From assembly GCF_009914755.1 (NCBI RefSeq), contig NC_060930.1: a DNA stretch of 64,000 nucleotides. The stretch is one strand, 5' to 3'. Position 1 is the first letter of the stretch. The number at the start of each line of letters is the position of its first letter. The stretch comes from the human T2T-CHM13v2.0 reference genome, Homo sapiens. This document shows positions 1 to 21,320 of the stretch, in pieces. A model generated the notes under the pieces. The model was not told where the DNA came from. It saw nothing but the letters and a program-made list of their open reading frames with translations, and did no database searches. Position numbers and translations under genes: made by a program.

Positions 1-8
1 ATTTTTAA

Positions 9-1760
<1,752 letters not shown>

Positions 1761-1835
1761 CACAAGCAATAAAGGAAAATATTGATACATATGACCACGT
1801 TAAAACATTTTTAAGCTTTTATAAGAAATCACATA

Positions 1836-2133
1836 GGCCGGGCGCGATGGCTCAAGCCTGTAATCCCAGCACTTTGGGAGGCCAAGGCGGGTGGATCACA
1901 AGGTCAGGAGATTGAGACCATCCTGGCCAACATGGTGAAACCCCGTCTCTACCAAAAATACAAAAAAATTAGCTGGACGTGGTAGTGGGTGCCTGTAGTC
2001 CCAGCTACTCGGGAGGCTTAGGTAGGAGAATGGCGTGAACCCATGAGGCGGAGCTTGCAGCGAGCCGAGATTGTGCCACTGCACTCCAGCCTGGGCGACA
2101 GAGCAGGATTCCGTCTCAAAAAAAAAAAAAAAA
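1836..2133 (+). mobile_element. Full-length AluY-like SINE
   Basis: ggccgggcgcgatggc start, two arms, poly(A) tail, TSD aagaaatcacata / aagaaatcacgta. Confidence 0.9.
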
Positions 2134-3229
2134 GAAATCACGTAAAGTAAAAGACAAGCCACAGACTTAGAGAATATTCACAATCTACATAAACAACAAA
2201 GGATTATATCCAGGATTCATAAAGAAGTTGCAGATCCATATGAAAAGGACAACGCAAGAGAATATGAGCAAAAGCTGTGAATAGGTGAGTCACAAAAGAG
2301 AAACCTAATGGTCAATAAACATAAGAAAAGATGCTCAATTTAACCAGTAATGTAGAAATGCAAATCACAGCGCGAGTTACCATTTTACACCCACAAAATC
2401 ACCAAAATTAAAATTATTCTAACACTGTTGACAAAAATGTGGGACAATAGGAATGCATATATTTTGTGTTGAAGTGTAAACAGATACAACAAATTTGAAG
2501 AGAATTTTGGCACCAGTTAATGCTGAAAATGAATATTCCCTATGACCCAGCAATCTTGCTTCTAGATCTATTCCTTAGAAAAACATTTCTACACATGCAC
2601 AAAAAGGCGAGGATAAAAATGGTCATTGCAGTATCAGTTAATTGTCAAGAAGAAGTGGAAATAAGCTAACTGTTGTTAAGTAAAATGGATAAATAAAGTA
2701 TGGTTTGTTCTTATAATGGGATACTATACAGCAGTTAAATGAATTATAGACATATTTAGCAATGTAATGAGTAAGAAACTTGCAAAAATGGATGTTGTAT
2801 GATATTATTTGTGTGAGTTTTAAAATACACAAAACAGTGGTATATGTTTAGGAAAGCAAACATTTTTTAAAAGTGCAAAGTACGCATGGGAATAATTCCC
2901 AACAACTTTAGAATGATAATTACTACAAGGAAGGAGAGAAATGGGATGGGCGTTAACCGAATTTGTAATCCATTTTTTTTATTTTTAATTTTAAAGAAAA
3001 GTGATACAAAGCAGGCGATGCAAAGGTGAGGATTTGCTTAACTGGGTTGCTGTGATCATGAAATGAGCCAATCAATGGGACAGTGCTGAATGAAAGTTGT
3101 TGCCAGTCTCTTTAGAAGGGTACAATGATGGTGGCTGTGCAGGTGGAGAGATGTGATTTCCTGACCTATTCTCTCCTCCACCCTGTGTTGAGTCTCACGC
3201 CTCCTATTGGACGGTATAAATTGGTATAA

Positions 3230-3532
<303 letters not shown>

Positions 3533-4301
3533 TAAATCTTAACAGCTACATGCCCCAATTTCCTCACCTACAAAATGTGTGTATTCAAAGTGCTACCTAA
3601 TAGCATTGTCGTGAGAGTAAATAAGTTGTGTGAAGTGCTTTAGAACACTTACCTGGCTTAGAGTAACTGCTCTAGGCTACTGTTTTTGTTGTTGATGCTG
3701 TTATTATGGTTGTTGTTAGGTATCACCTCCAGCTGCATATAAACTCTTTTTTAATCTCAACTTCTAAAAATCTCATAAGAACCTTACTTGGCAACGAAAG
3801 TGCCCCAAAACTGAGAAGACCCAGACTCTTCCTTCAATGATCTAGATCAATTTGCACCTCAAATTCCTGTAAGGGCCAGGCAAGTAATGTGCCAAGTGCC
3901 AAGGGAAGGCTATAACAGGCTGGAGGGCACCCTCCCCTCCTAGAGGGGCAGCAGCTCCTGGTCCAGCGTTGCCGCATAGGAATTCAGAGCTGGCACTGCC
4001 GTGATAAATTGAAAATCTCAATTTTTCTGTAAAATCACTCTTTTTATTTTTCCTTTTTTTTTTTGGCAGGATCTCACGTTGTCACCCAGGCTGGAGTACA
4101 GTGCCATGATCCCAGTTCACTGCAGCTTTGACCTCCCAGGTCCAAGTGATCCTCCCATCTCAGCCTCCCAAATAGCTGGGACTACAGGTGTGTGCTGCCA
4201 CACCTGGCTAATTTTGTATCATATACATATATATATAAACATACACATACACATATGTATATATACATGTATACATATGGGTTCAAGCATTCTTCTGCTA
4301 A

Positions 4302-4580
<279 letters not shown>

Positions 4581-4830
4581 TGATAATGAATACACATCAA
4601 TATTTTAAATCAAACACATTTAGATAAAGCTGACTTTTTGCCTGCTTTTTTTTGAAATTTTGGGCTGGGCCCAGTAGCTCACACCTGAAATCCCAGTGTT
4701 TTGGGAGGTCAAGGTGGGCAGACTGCTTGAGCCCAGTGTTTTGAGACCCCCCTGGGCAACATGGTGAAATGCCATCTCTACAAAAAATAGAAAACTTAGC
4801 CGGGCATGGTGGCACACATATGTGGCCTCA

Positions 4831-4941
<111 letters not shown>

Positions 4942-4983
4942 TCAAAAAAATATATACATATTTATTAATTTTTATTATGTATT

Positions 4984-5638
4984 GCTATGGCATAAATGTT
5001 TGTGCCCCCCTAAAATTCATAAATTGAAACCTAATCCCCAATGTGGTGATATTAAGAGATGGGGCCTTTAGAAGGTGATTAGGTCATGAGGGGCCTGTCC
5101 TCATGAATGGGATTAATGCCGTTATAAAAGAAGCCCAGGCTGGGTGCGGTGGCTCATGCCTGTAATCCTAGCACTTTGGGAGGCTCAGGCGGGCTAATCA
5201 TTTGAGGTCGGTAGTTCAAGACAAGCCTGGTCAACATGGAGAAACCCCATCTCTACTAAAAACACAAAAATTAGCCAGTCATGGTGGCAGGCATTTGTAA
5301 TCCCAGCTATTCAGGAGGCTGAGGCAAGAGAATCACTTGAACCCTGGAGGCAGAGCTTGCAGTAAACCGAGATCACGCCACTGCACTCTAGCCTAGGTGA
5401 CACAGCGAGACCCTGTCTTAAAAAAAAGAGGCCCAAAGGAGCTTGTTTGCCCCTTCCACCCGTGAAGATGCAGCAAGAAGGCGCCATCTATGAAGCAAAG
5501 TGTGCCCTCACTGGCTACCAAATCTGCTGGCACCACCTGCTTGGACATTCTAGCCTCCAGAACTGTAAGCAGTGTTTATTATTTATAAATTGCTCAGTGT
5601 AAGGTATTTTGTTATAGCAGTCTGAATGGACTAAGACA
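4984..5638 (+). mobile_element. MaLR solo LTR (MLT1A/MST-type) split by an Alu
   Basis: 5' end tgctatggcataaatgtttgtgccccc and 3' end tattttgttatagcagtctgaatggactaagaca are typical MaLR LTR termini; Alu at 5138-5428 inside. Subfamily not certain. Confidence 0.75.
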
Positions 5639-5662
5639 GATAGTTTTATAAAAATTAAACTA

Positions 5663-6305
<643 letters not shown>

Positions 6306-8477
6306 TATTCATAATCTCGTATTCAATGTCCATCTATTACAACATAAAGAATCAATATCATACTTCACAAGAGTTATATCTAGACCTACATGTATTCAAT
6401 TTTTTTTTCAATAGGCTTTTGGGGAACAGGTGGTGTTCAGTTACATGAATAAGTTATTTAGTGGTGATTTCTGAGATTTTGGTGCCCCCATCACAGGAGG
6501 AGTGTACACTGTAAATGTGTAGTTTTTTATCCCTCACCACCCCTCCCACCACATGCATATAAATTTAACAGTAATAAGGATTGTTTAATACAGCAACATG
6601 TTCCTCAGCTATCCTTTGCAACTGTTGTAAATGCAGCACAACATACATCCATACCTCTAAAACAAAGAGAAACAAGAAAAACCACACTCAACACTATTGG
6701 GAAATGATACTTTGTCATGCTATTTGAGAGGTAATATTTAACAAGCTGGTTAAAGTGATTTCACTTACATGTTTCCACTGCTTAAATCCTCCCTACACTC
6801 CAAAGCAGTACATGCTTCAGAATCCAGGCAGAGGCACAACCTCAGATTTTCACAGAATTGGCTATAGTCATCTTTTGTTTCCAGGATACAGGGCAAGAGA
6901 TTACAGAAGTCACCATTCCCCAGGGCTTGAACGGCGTTGATTACAAGAGCAGATGTGTAAGATTTCAGGTTGTGCTGTTCCAGCACTGACAGCAGATCAG
7001 TGACAGAGGTGCCCAGGTGTCATGTAATAAATGTGTGTGATAAGTTGTTTGTGATAGGTGAATCCCCCTAAAGTATGTGGGCCAGGGCAGGGCCCCTGTG
7101 GTTCAGATCTGAGGATGATACTGCTTCTGTGGGAAGATCATGACTTCTGTTTCAAATATGCTAAGTTAAGCTGGGCACCGTGGCTCATGCCTGTAATCCC
7201 AGCACTTTGGGAAGCTGAGGCAGGTGGATCACCTGAGGTCAGGAGTTTGAGACCAGCCTGGCCAACATGGTGAAACCCCATCTCTACTGAAAATACAAAA
7301 AGTTTGCCGGGTGTCGTGGCGGATGCCTGTAATCCCAGCTACTCCGGAGGCTGAGGTAGGAGAATCACTTGAACCCAGGAGGCGGAGGTTGCAGTGAGCC
7401 AAGGTCTTGCCACTGCACCCCAGCCTGGCCAACAAGAGCGAAACTCTGTCTCCCAAAAAAAAAAAAAAAAAAGCTAAGTTAGTAATACCTTTGGGACATC
7501 CAAGTAGGGATGCCAGGCAGGAAGGTGGTCAAATCTGGAGATTTGAGGCAAGAGATAAATTTGAGAGTAACCAGCTGATGGGAACTGAAGCCACAGGACA
7601 GGTGTGATCCCCTAGAAGGAAAGGGTAGCATAAGAAGAGGAGGGTCCAGGACCGACCTCTCTTGATGAACTCCAATATGACCAGGTGATTTCAGTCAAAG
7701 GCGGAGTGAGCCGGCTGAGGGGTGGAAGAGCAGCCGATGGAGGGATGGGAGGAAGCCAGAAGAGGCCAAATCCTGGAGGCCAAAAAACGACAGTGTTTCA
7801 AGAAAGAACTGGCCAGCAACGTCAGCTACTAGTGGCAGTTCAAGTAAGAAGAAAACGAAACAATGGACTTAATGACATAAAGTTCATTGCAAAAAAACAT
7901 TTGAGTAGCAGCAAGGTAGAGATAAACACCAGCCTGAAAGGGTCGAGCAGTGAGTGGAAGTGAGAGAATTTTGCCCAGTTTTTTTATTATGAAAAATTTC
8001 AAACATACAGAAAACTTGAAAATATAATACAATATTGTTTGTATGTCGATCATTTTACTTAGATTTAACAATTGTTATTTATACATATATACAAATATTT
8101 ATATATTATATATATACAAACATATATATATACACACACATATATATATGGTTCTTTTTTTTTTTTTCCAAGACAGGGTCTCACTTCATCGCACAGGGTG
8201 GAGTGCAGTGACCTGATCATAGCTCATCTCAGCTTCAAACTTTTGGGCTCAAGCGATCCTCCCACCTCAGCCTCTCAAGTAACTGGGGCCACAGGTGCAT
8301 GGCACCATGCCCGGCTAATTTTTAAATTTTTTGTAGAGACAAGGTATCGCCTTGTTGCCCAGCTGGTCTCAAACTGGACTCAGGTGATCCTCTTGCTTTG
8401 GCCTCCCAAAGTTCTGGGATTACAGACATGAGCCACAGTGCCAAGGCCTATATACGTCTTTGTGGGCTTGTTTTTAG

Positions 8478-8808
<331 letters not shown>

Positions 8809-8968
8809 TGACTACTAAAACATTCTTGGACCATATGAAAATATAGGAAAGCATGTGCTTCACACCTAAGTACCTCAGCATGCATCTCCCAAAAATAAGG
8901 AGATTCCATAACCACAATACGTAATCACAGCTAAGAAAATAATGATCATGGCCAGGCACGGTGGCTCA

Positions 8969-9258
<290 letters not shown>

Positions 9259-9799
9259 TCATTTCTTCACTTCATCTGATAGCAGAATATACTCAAATAT
9301 TCCCCAGTTAGCCTCAAAATGTCTTTTATATATATATTTATATATATATATATCTTTCTTTTTAATTTCTTTCCTTCCTTTCTTCTGTTTTTCCTTCCTT
9401 CCTTCCTTCCTTTCTCTCTCTCCTCCCTTTCCTTCCTTCCTTTCCTTCTTTCTTTTTTGACTGGGTCTCACTGTCACCCAGGCTAGAGTGCAGCAGTGCA
9501 ATCACAGCTCACTACAACCTCCACCTCCCAGGCTCAAGTGATCCTCCCACCTCAGCCTCCTAAGTAGCTGGAACTACTATTTAGGTGTGACCCACCACAC
9601 CTGACTAATTTTTGTATTTTTTTTTTTTTGTAGAGACAGGGTTTTTCTCTGTTGCCCAGGTGGGTCTTGAACTCCTGAGCTTAAGTAATCCACCTGCCTT
9701 GAACTCCTGAGCTCAAGCAAAGTGCTGGAATTACAGGCGTGAGCCACTGCATCCAGCCTATGCATATATTTCAAATCAGGATCAAATCAAGGTACATGC

Positions 9800-10900
9800 G
9801 CTGCATGCATTGTGTTCCTCTTGGAGGGGTGTGGATCTGGTGACAGATGGTTGAGGGAGCTCACCTCTGATGACTTTCATTTTCTCTGTGACATAAGAGG
9901 GAGGTCATCAAGTGAGCATGAGGTGAGAGACAGAAGAGCCTCAGAGGTTCAAGGATCAGGGAGGTTTAACGTAGCCATTGACCAGAGTGATGTGGTTGGG
10001 CCACTAAACAATTCTGGGAGCCTCCTTAGAGTTCATGATCATGAGTGAGGAGTGGGAACCATTTCCTGATTGTGTGATTTCCCCCACCACCACCAACAGT
10101 TCTTGGCTATCAGAGTAAAATCCTGAAGAAAACAGATCACTGGGCTCATCCAGGGTTGGGGTTTTGCCACTTGGGTACAAAGGATGAAAATACAGAGGGG
10201 AAGGGGAGTTGGCGACATTGTCCAGAGAGGTGTTGAAATGAAGGGTTGTGGAGTTGAGCTGAATAGGGAGGGGCTCATAAGCTGGAAGACGGAAGGCATC
10301 ATTGATCCAAAGGTCCTAGGAGACTGAAAATTGGTTGCGAGGAGGGCAGACAGACTGATGGACAGACGGTTAGGAGGTGGGGGCCAAGAGCAGGCTGCTT
10401 GACTGATTCTCAAGGAGGGGCTCTTTCAGGTGATAAGGTCCAGGGTATGACAATGAGAATGTGTGGCCGAGTTGGAGAGGAGAAGATTCTTGGGGATTAA
10501 GTGGCCAGGTTATTGAGAGGTCAAGTAGGGAATGGATCCTCCAGGTGGACAATGAAGTCTCCCAGAGGGAGGACTCAATGCAAAGACAGACGGTCAGCTG
10601 GGCCAGCGTTCCCCTGAGTGAGGTGGAGGGGTCTGGCAGACAGTAGCAGTGAGAAAGGAAGAGGAAAGTTTAGCCTAATTGCAGTGCCTGGAAGGCCGCG
10701 GGTTATTTTAAACTAGAGTTGGGGGCTGGGGGAGGAGTAGTCCGGAGGCAGCAATCTGAAGCCAGGAGAGCACCCTCAGCTGTAAGAAAATCAACAGCTC
10801 TCATTTCAGAAGCCTGCAAAGGAGGTAGTGCCCTCAAGGGAGAGTTAAATTTCACTTAACGCCAGGAAGTGGAGGGAATGCTCCAAGGAGAAGCTAAGGG
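9800..10900 (-). mobile_element. LINE-2 ORF2 remnant
   Basis: Minus-strand translation contains AKPQPW...AKNCW...KSHN, resembling L2 ORF2; purine-rich + strand typical of antisense L2. Confidence 0.55.
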
Positions 10901-11125
10901 TATGAGGGGGGCTACAGTTTATTAGAGGGCACAGGCAGGTTAGGGAGGGGGAAAGTGGAGGGCTGAGTCAGAGCCAGAAGGTACAGAGTGTCATGGAGAC
11001 ACAGTGCAATAGAGTAGGTGGGCTTGGGAGTTTATGTTTTCACTATGAAATGATAAAAACAAGGACAGGAGGCAGGCTGGATTTCACCCAGTTAGTTTCT
11101 TGGAAGCTGTAAAAAGTGGCGTTTA

Positions 11126-11472
<347 letters not shown>

Positions 11473-11483
11473 TCACGCCTCTA

Positions 11484-11873
<390 letters not shown>

Positions 11874-12008
11874 TCATGCACTAACTGTCCTGTCTATAAC
11901 CTTGGCAAGGTCTCTGGGCATCAATTTCCTCTCTGTAAAATGGGGATAACACTAGTACCCACCTCACAGGGTTGCTGTGACAATTCAAAGATGCAATGTG
12001 TTAAATGT

Positions 12009-13017
<1,009 letters not shown>

Positions 13018-13151
13018 AATGTTTACAACAGTGCGCAAATATTTATAACAGTGCTTGGGCTGTCACCTCAGACACACTTGGTGGAGCCTTGCAGGCCCAG
13101 CAGAGCAGCCTCTTTGATTACCTGAACCCTGCCCCTGGCTAGGTAGGAAAC

Positions 13152-15085
<1,934 letters not shown>

Positions 15086-15650
15086 ATGTTGGCTGTCCTT
15101 TCACTCTCCACCAGCTGAAATGTGGTCTCTTCCCATTATCGCCATTCTGACCACTCTTCCCAAGTCACAGACACTTCTCAGATGCCAAACCCAAAAGGCG
15201 TGGCTGAATTCATTTGCATCAACTCAGGCAATGAATTTGGGAGGAGAGTTCGCTTGTCAGAACGTAAGAACGTCACATTTTGCAGTTGGTAATGTGGAGT
15301 CTAGGGACCCTTGGAATCACTTCCCTAGCTGATCGCCAGCACACCCTCTTTCATTCATTCAATCACACTTTAGCTTAGGTGCAGCTGGGAAGGGACTTCG
15401 CGGATGTAATTAAAGTCACAAATTGGTTTATCTTGAGGTAATCCAAAGGGAGACTGTGCAGGAGAGGTCTGACTCAATCACATCCAAAGCCTTCAGTGGT
15501 GGCTGGAGAGGAGAAAACACATTTCTGCACTTAGGAACCTCCTTTCTCACCTCAATTCTAGCAGCTCAGATGAGGTGTCAGCTCCCTGCAGGCTCTGGAT
15601 GAGTCCGTGGGGCCACAGAAAAAAGAACTGCAGAAAACTCAGGAATAAAA

Positions 15651-16020
15651 ATGGAGACAGTGACACTTCCAAGTAAAACTACTAGAAGTCTTCAGAAAGT
15701 AAGGCAAGAAAAGGAAACTTGAGGACCAGAGAAGCTGCCAGGCCAGTTCATTAAGCCTTGGCTTGACCAGGAAATCCAGTGTTTTCTTGAAGGATGGAAA
15801 ATCTGGAGATGAAGAATGGGAATCATGTACTGTCAAACGCAGTTGCCAAGGGGTTCAAGCCCAGGGGTGTGAAGAAGAGCTGAGACCTGCCTACAGATGC
15901 CAAGATTGCAGGGCTCATCCTGGACTATTAATGAGACCATCCAGAGGCCAAGGAGCTTACAGGGCTCACCTTTGGGGATACTGGCCCAGCAGTGCTGCAG
16001 ATCCTACCCTGAGTAGAGTG
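15651..16020 (+). pseudogene. Degenerate Myb/SANT-like (trihelix, MSANTD5-like) coding relic
   Basis: ATG 15651: METVTLPSKTTRSLQKVRQEKET*GPEKLPGQFIKPWLDQEIQCFLEGWK; after a frameshift MKNGNHVLSNAVAKGFKPRGVKKS*; after another TCLQMPRLQGSSWTINETIQRPRS. This is colinear with MSANTD5 as I recall it (MEIVILP...KPWSDQEIRSFLQEW...[26 protein letters not shown]...TIQEANQRPR). Confidence 0.7.
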
Positions 16021-16072
16021 ACATGAGAACTGGGCTGGGGGAGTTGAGGAGAAAAGGAAGTCTCAAAGGCTC

Positions 16073-16073
16073 T

Positions 16074-16116
<43 letters not shown>

Positions 16117-16131
16117 TGTGTGTGTGTGTGT
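16073..16131. repeat. (GT)n microsatellite
   Basis: Near-perfect tg dinucleotide run. Confidence 0.95.
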
Positions 16132-16147
16132 AAACTGGAAATGGTTA

Positions 16148-16588
<441 letters not shown>

Positions 16589-16900
16589 TTAGAATTATTT
16601 TTAAATTCTCCACAGACAATACACCTTCTTATTACCTGCACCTGGAACAACCATCCCCACTCCCTGCCCATGGTAAGCTGCAGCCTGTGTGTCCTATGTG
16701 GGTAAACAGTCCAGCTCTACCAGATTGTAAATGGGGTTGGGGGGTCGGGGTAGAGGGCATGGCGAGTAAGGATTATTTTTCGCATAATAACAGTTTTATG
16801 CAGCATGGTTTTGTACAAGAGAAGTGTTTTCTAAATATTTGGCAAATAAATGAATAATTGAATTTGAGTAATAATGAAGAAAATATAAGCAGGAATTTTA

Positions 16901-17255
<355 letters not shown>

Positions 17256-18180
17256 CTAATTACCCTGGTTGTAAGATAATACAAAACAGGAAATGACAGC
17301 ATCATTAGAGATTTAAGGTTTCTTAACTTTTTACGTCTAGGACAGGTTTTGGAAGTCTGGTGAAGTCTGTGGAGTGTCAGAATAATCTTCAACTGCATAA
17401 AGTAAAATAAATGGGATTACAAAGGAAAACAATCATATTGAAGTACAGTTGTCAAAATGAAACAAAATGTGTAAGAAGAAGATCTAGTGGTGAGTCTAAC
17501 CACTACCACTAACTACAAAGTAACCGTGAGCATACATGACATTTTGAAATTTCTGCAACTACTGGAAGATGACACAAATGTGTAAATTCTATTAACAACA
17601 GTCACATGTACTACAAATACCGGTGTAGGTTTATTGCCTACATTTATCATTGGAGAAAATGCTAAATTTCAGTTAGAGATTAGTGAAAATGAAATGTAAT
17701 TTTCTCCTATTTTTGTTTGCCCTTTGGGATCCTGGATGAAGAGCCCTGCATTACACTGGGCACAGTGGCTCATGCCTGCAATCCCAGCTACTAAGGAGGC
17801 TGAGGTAGGAGGATCGCTGGAGCCTAGGAAGTTGAGGCTACAGTGAGCCGTGATCGTGCCACTCACTGCACTCCAGCCTCGGCAATAGAGCGAAACCCAG
17901 AAAGAAGAAAGAAAAGAAAAGAGAGAGAGAAGGAAGGAAGGAGAAAGAAAGAGAAGAAAGAAGAAAGGAGGGAGGGAGGGAAGGAGGGAGGAAGGAAGGA
18001 AGGAAAGAAGGAAAGAAGGAAGGAAGGAAAGAAGGAAAGAAGGAAAGAAAAGAATGAAAGGCCAGGCACGGCAGCTTACTCCTGTAATCCCAGCACTTTG
18101 GGAGGCCAAGGCAGGTGGATCACCTGAGGTTGGGAGTTTGAGACGAGCCTGACCAACAAGGAGAAACCCCATCTCTACTA

Positions 18181-18339
<159 letters not shown>

Positions 18340-18341
18340 TC

Positions 18342-18373
18342 AAAAAAAAAAAGAAAGAAAGAAAAGAAAAGAA

Positions 18374-18433
<60 letters not shown>

Positions 18434-18467
18434 AGAAAGAAAGAAAGAAAGAAAGAAAGAAGGAAAA
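18342..18467. repeat. (GAAA)n tetranucleotide repeat derived from an Alu tail
   Basis: Long gaaa/aaag array directly after Alu poly(A). Confidence 0.95.
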
Positions 18468-19610
18468 TAGCTCTGCATGAGAGCCAGTGATGTCTCAGAG
18501 TGGGAAGGAAGCCAGGTCAACATGTTGCCCCTACCAACAAGCCCTTAGGTTGACAGGAGGTGCCTCTCCCAGCTTTACATTCAGAGCCAACCTCCCCAGG
18601 AGGCTCTTTTCCATCCTAAGCCTTGTTTCAGGGATCAGGGAGTGGCAACTCTCCACATGCCTGCATGCTTCCATCTGAACCAATGTTGAAGGCTCTTCTA
18701 CTATTCAAAGCCCCTAAGGATGTAACATTTGGAGAAAATATGCTAAAAAGACCTGGTACTCAGAGACAATTTTCTCCAAATGTTTGAATGGGAGCATCAA
18801 ATGAGTCCCCAGCCTTGAAGGTTGGGTTGGTCTGGGGAGGAAAACTAATTGTCCTTTCAGCTCAGCTATATCATCAGTCCCAAGGCAGACGTTCAGAAGA
18901 TTCTTTTCTAGTTCATAGGGAAAATGACACTTAATCCTATGAGAGCCCCAAAGGCAGAGGACATGGGATGTGGTATCAGGAACCTGGAAGACATGCTTTT
19001 GCAATGGGGTACACAGCACTTAAGTGAGGGAAACCACCAGGAAGTGGCACTGGCCCTGGAATTCCCTTCATGTCACACAGGGACAGAGAGGAAACTAACA
19101 TTTTCTAAGGACTTATTCCATACCAGGGGCTGCACATTCTGTGTCTTATATCTATTACAAACTGTTTCTTCATAAGGCAGGTGATTTGTTTTTCTTTTCT
19201 TCTTTTCTTTCTTTTTTTTTTTTTTTTTTGAGACAGGGTCTCCCTCTGTCACCTGGGCTGGAGTCTAGTGGTGCCATCTCGGCTCACTGCAACCTCTGCC
19301 TCCCCAAGCAATCCTCCTGCCTCTCAGCCTCCGGAGTAGCTGGGATTACTGGCATGCACCACCACACCCAGCTAATTTTTGTATTTTTGGTAGAGACAGA
19401 GTTTCGCCATGTTGCTCAGGCTAGTCTCGAACTCCTGTGCTCAAGTGATCTGCCCACCTCAGCCTCCCAAAGTGCTAGGATTACAGGCGTGGACCACCAT
19501 GCCCTGCCTGTTTTGTGATCTGCCCGCCTCGGCCTCCCAAAGTGCTGGGATTACAGGCATGAGCCACCACGCCTGGCTAGTGCCTGTATGTGTGTATGTG
19601 TGTGTGTATG

Positions 19611-19613
<3 letters not shown>

Positions 19614-19698
<85 letters not shown>
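19614..19698. repeat. (TA)n followed by poly(T) (Alu tail)
   Basis: ~27 TA units then ~30 T. Confidence 0.95.
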
Positions 19699-19699
<1 letters not shown>

Positions 19700-20584
19700 A
19701 GACAGAATCTTGCTCTTTTGCCCAGACTGGAGTGAAATGGTGTGATCTTGGCTCACTGCCAACTTCTGCCCCCTGAGTTCAAGCAATTCTCCTGCCTCAG
19801 CCTCCCAAGTAGTTGGGATTACAGGCACCTGCCACCATGCCTGGCTAATTTTTGTATTTTTAGTAGGGACAGGGTTTTGCCATGTTGGCCAGGCTGGTCT
19901 CAAATTCCTGACCTCAGGTGATCCACCTGCCTCAGCCTCCCAAGTAGTTGGGATTACAGGCGCCTGCCACCATGCCTGGCTAATTTTTTTATTTTTAGTA
20001 GAGACACGGTTTTGCCATGTTGGCCAGGCTGGTCTCAAATTCCTGACCTCAGGTGATCCACCTGCCTCAGCCTCCCAAAGTGTTAGGATTACAGGCGTGA
20101 GCCACCGCACCCAGCCTTTTCATATATATATATATATATATATACTTTTTTTTTTGAGACAGAGTTTCGCTCTTGTTGCCCAGGCTGGAGTGCAATGGCG
20201 CAATCTTGGCTCACCACAACCTCCTCTGGGTTAGGGCAATTCTCCTGCCTCAGCCTCTCGAGTAGCTGAGATTACAGGTATGTGCCACCATGCCTAGCTG
20301 ATTTTTTATATTTTTAGTAGAGATGGGGTTTCTCCATGTTGGTCAGGCTGGTCTTGAACTCCAAAACCGCAGGTGATCCGCCCACCTCAGCCTCCCAAAG
20401 TGCTGGGATTACAGGCGTGAGCCACCGCGCAGGGCCTCTTTTCATATATTTTTAACTAAATTAATAAAACAGCTGGGGCAGTGGCTCATGCCTGTAATTC
20501 CAACACTTTGGGAGGCCGAGGTAGGAGATCACTTGAGCTCAGGAGTTCAAGACCAGCCTGGGCAACATGGTGAAACCTCGTTTA

Positions 20585-20755
<171 letters not shown>

Positions 20756-20946
20756 CTAAAAACTAGGCAGGCGTGGTGGCTCATGCCTGTAATCCCAGCA
20801 CTTTGGGAGGCCGAGGCAGGCAGATCACATGAGGCCAGGAGTTTGAGACCAGCCCAGCCAACATGGCAAACATGTATTTCAGTGTCTACTGAAAATACAA
20901 AAATTAGCTGGATGTGGTGGTGCGTGCCAGTAATCCCAGCTACTCA

Positions 20947-21159
<213 letters not shown>

Positions 21160-21274
21160 TCACAGGTTTTTTTTAAGCTGTGTTCTTATAAACTTCCAAA
21201 TGAGATGAAGATAAACTTCTGCTGAGAGGGGCATGGTCATGACTTACAGTTTGGGCAGGACAAAGTATTTTCCA

Positions 21275-21275
<1 letters not shown>

Positions 21276-21316
<41 letters not shown>
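21276..21316. repeat. (CA)n microsatellite
   Basis: Perfect ca run of ~20 units. Confidence 0.95.

Positions 21317-21320
<4 letters not shown>

Noticed and set aside
18487-18678. Peptide [10 protein letters not shown] as a possible further MSANTD5-like exon
   Set aside because: Similarity is too short to distinguish from chance without a search.
19577-20110. 177-aa ORF with an internal peptide repeat
   Set aside because: Translation of the duplicated Alu and the (TA)n tract.
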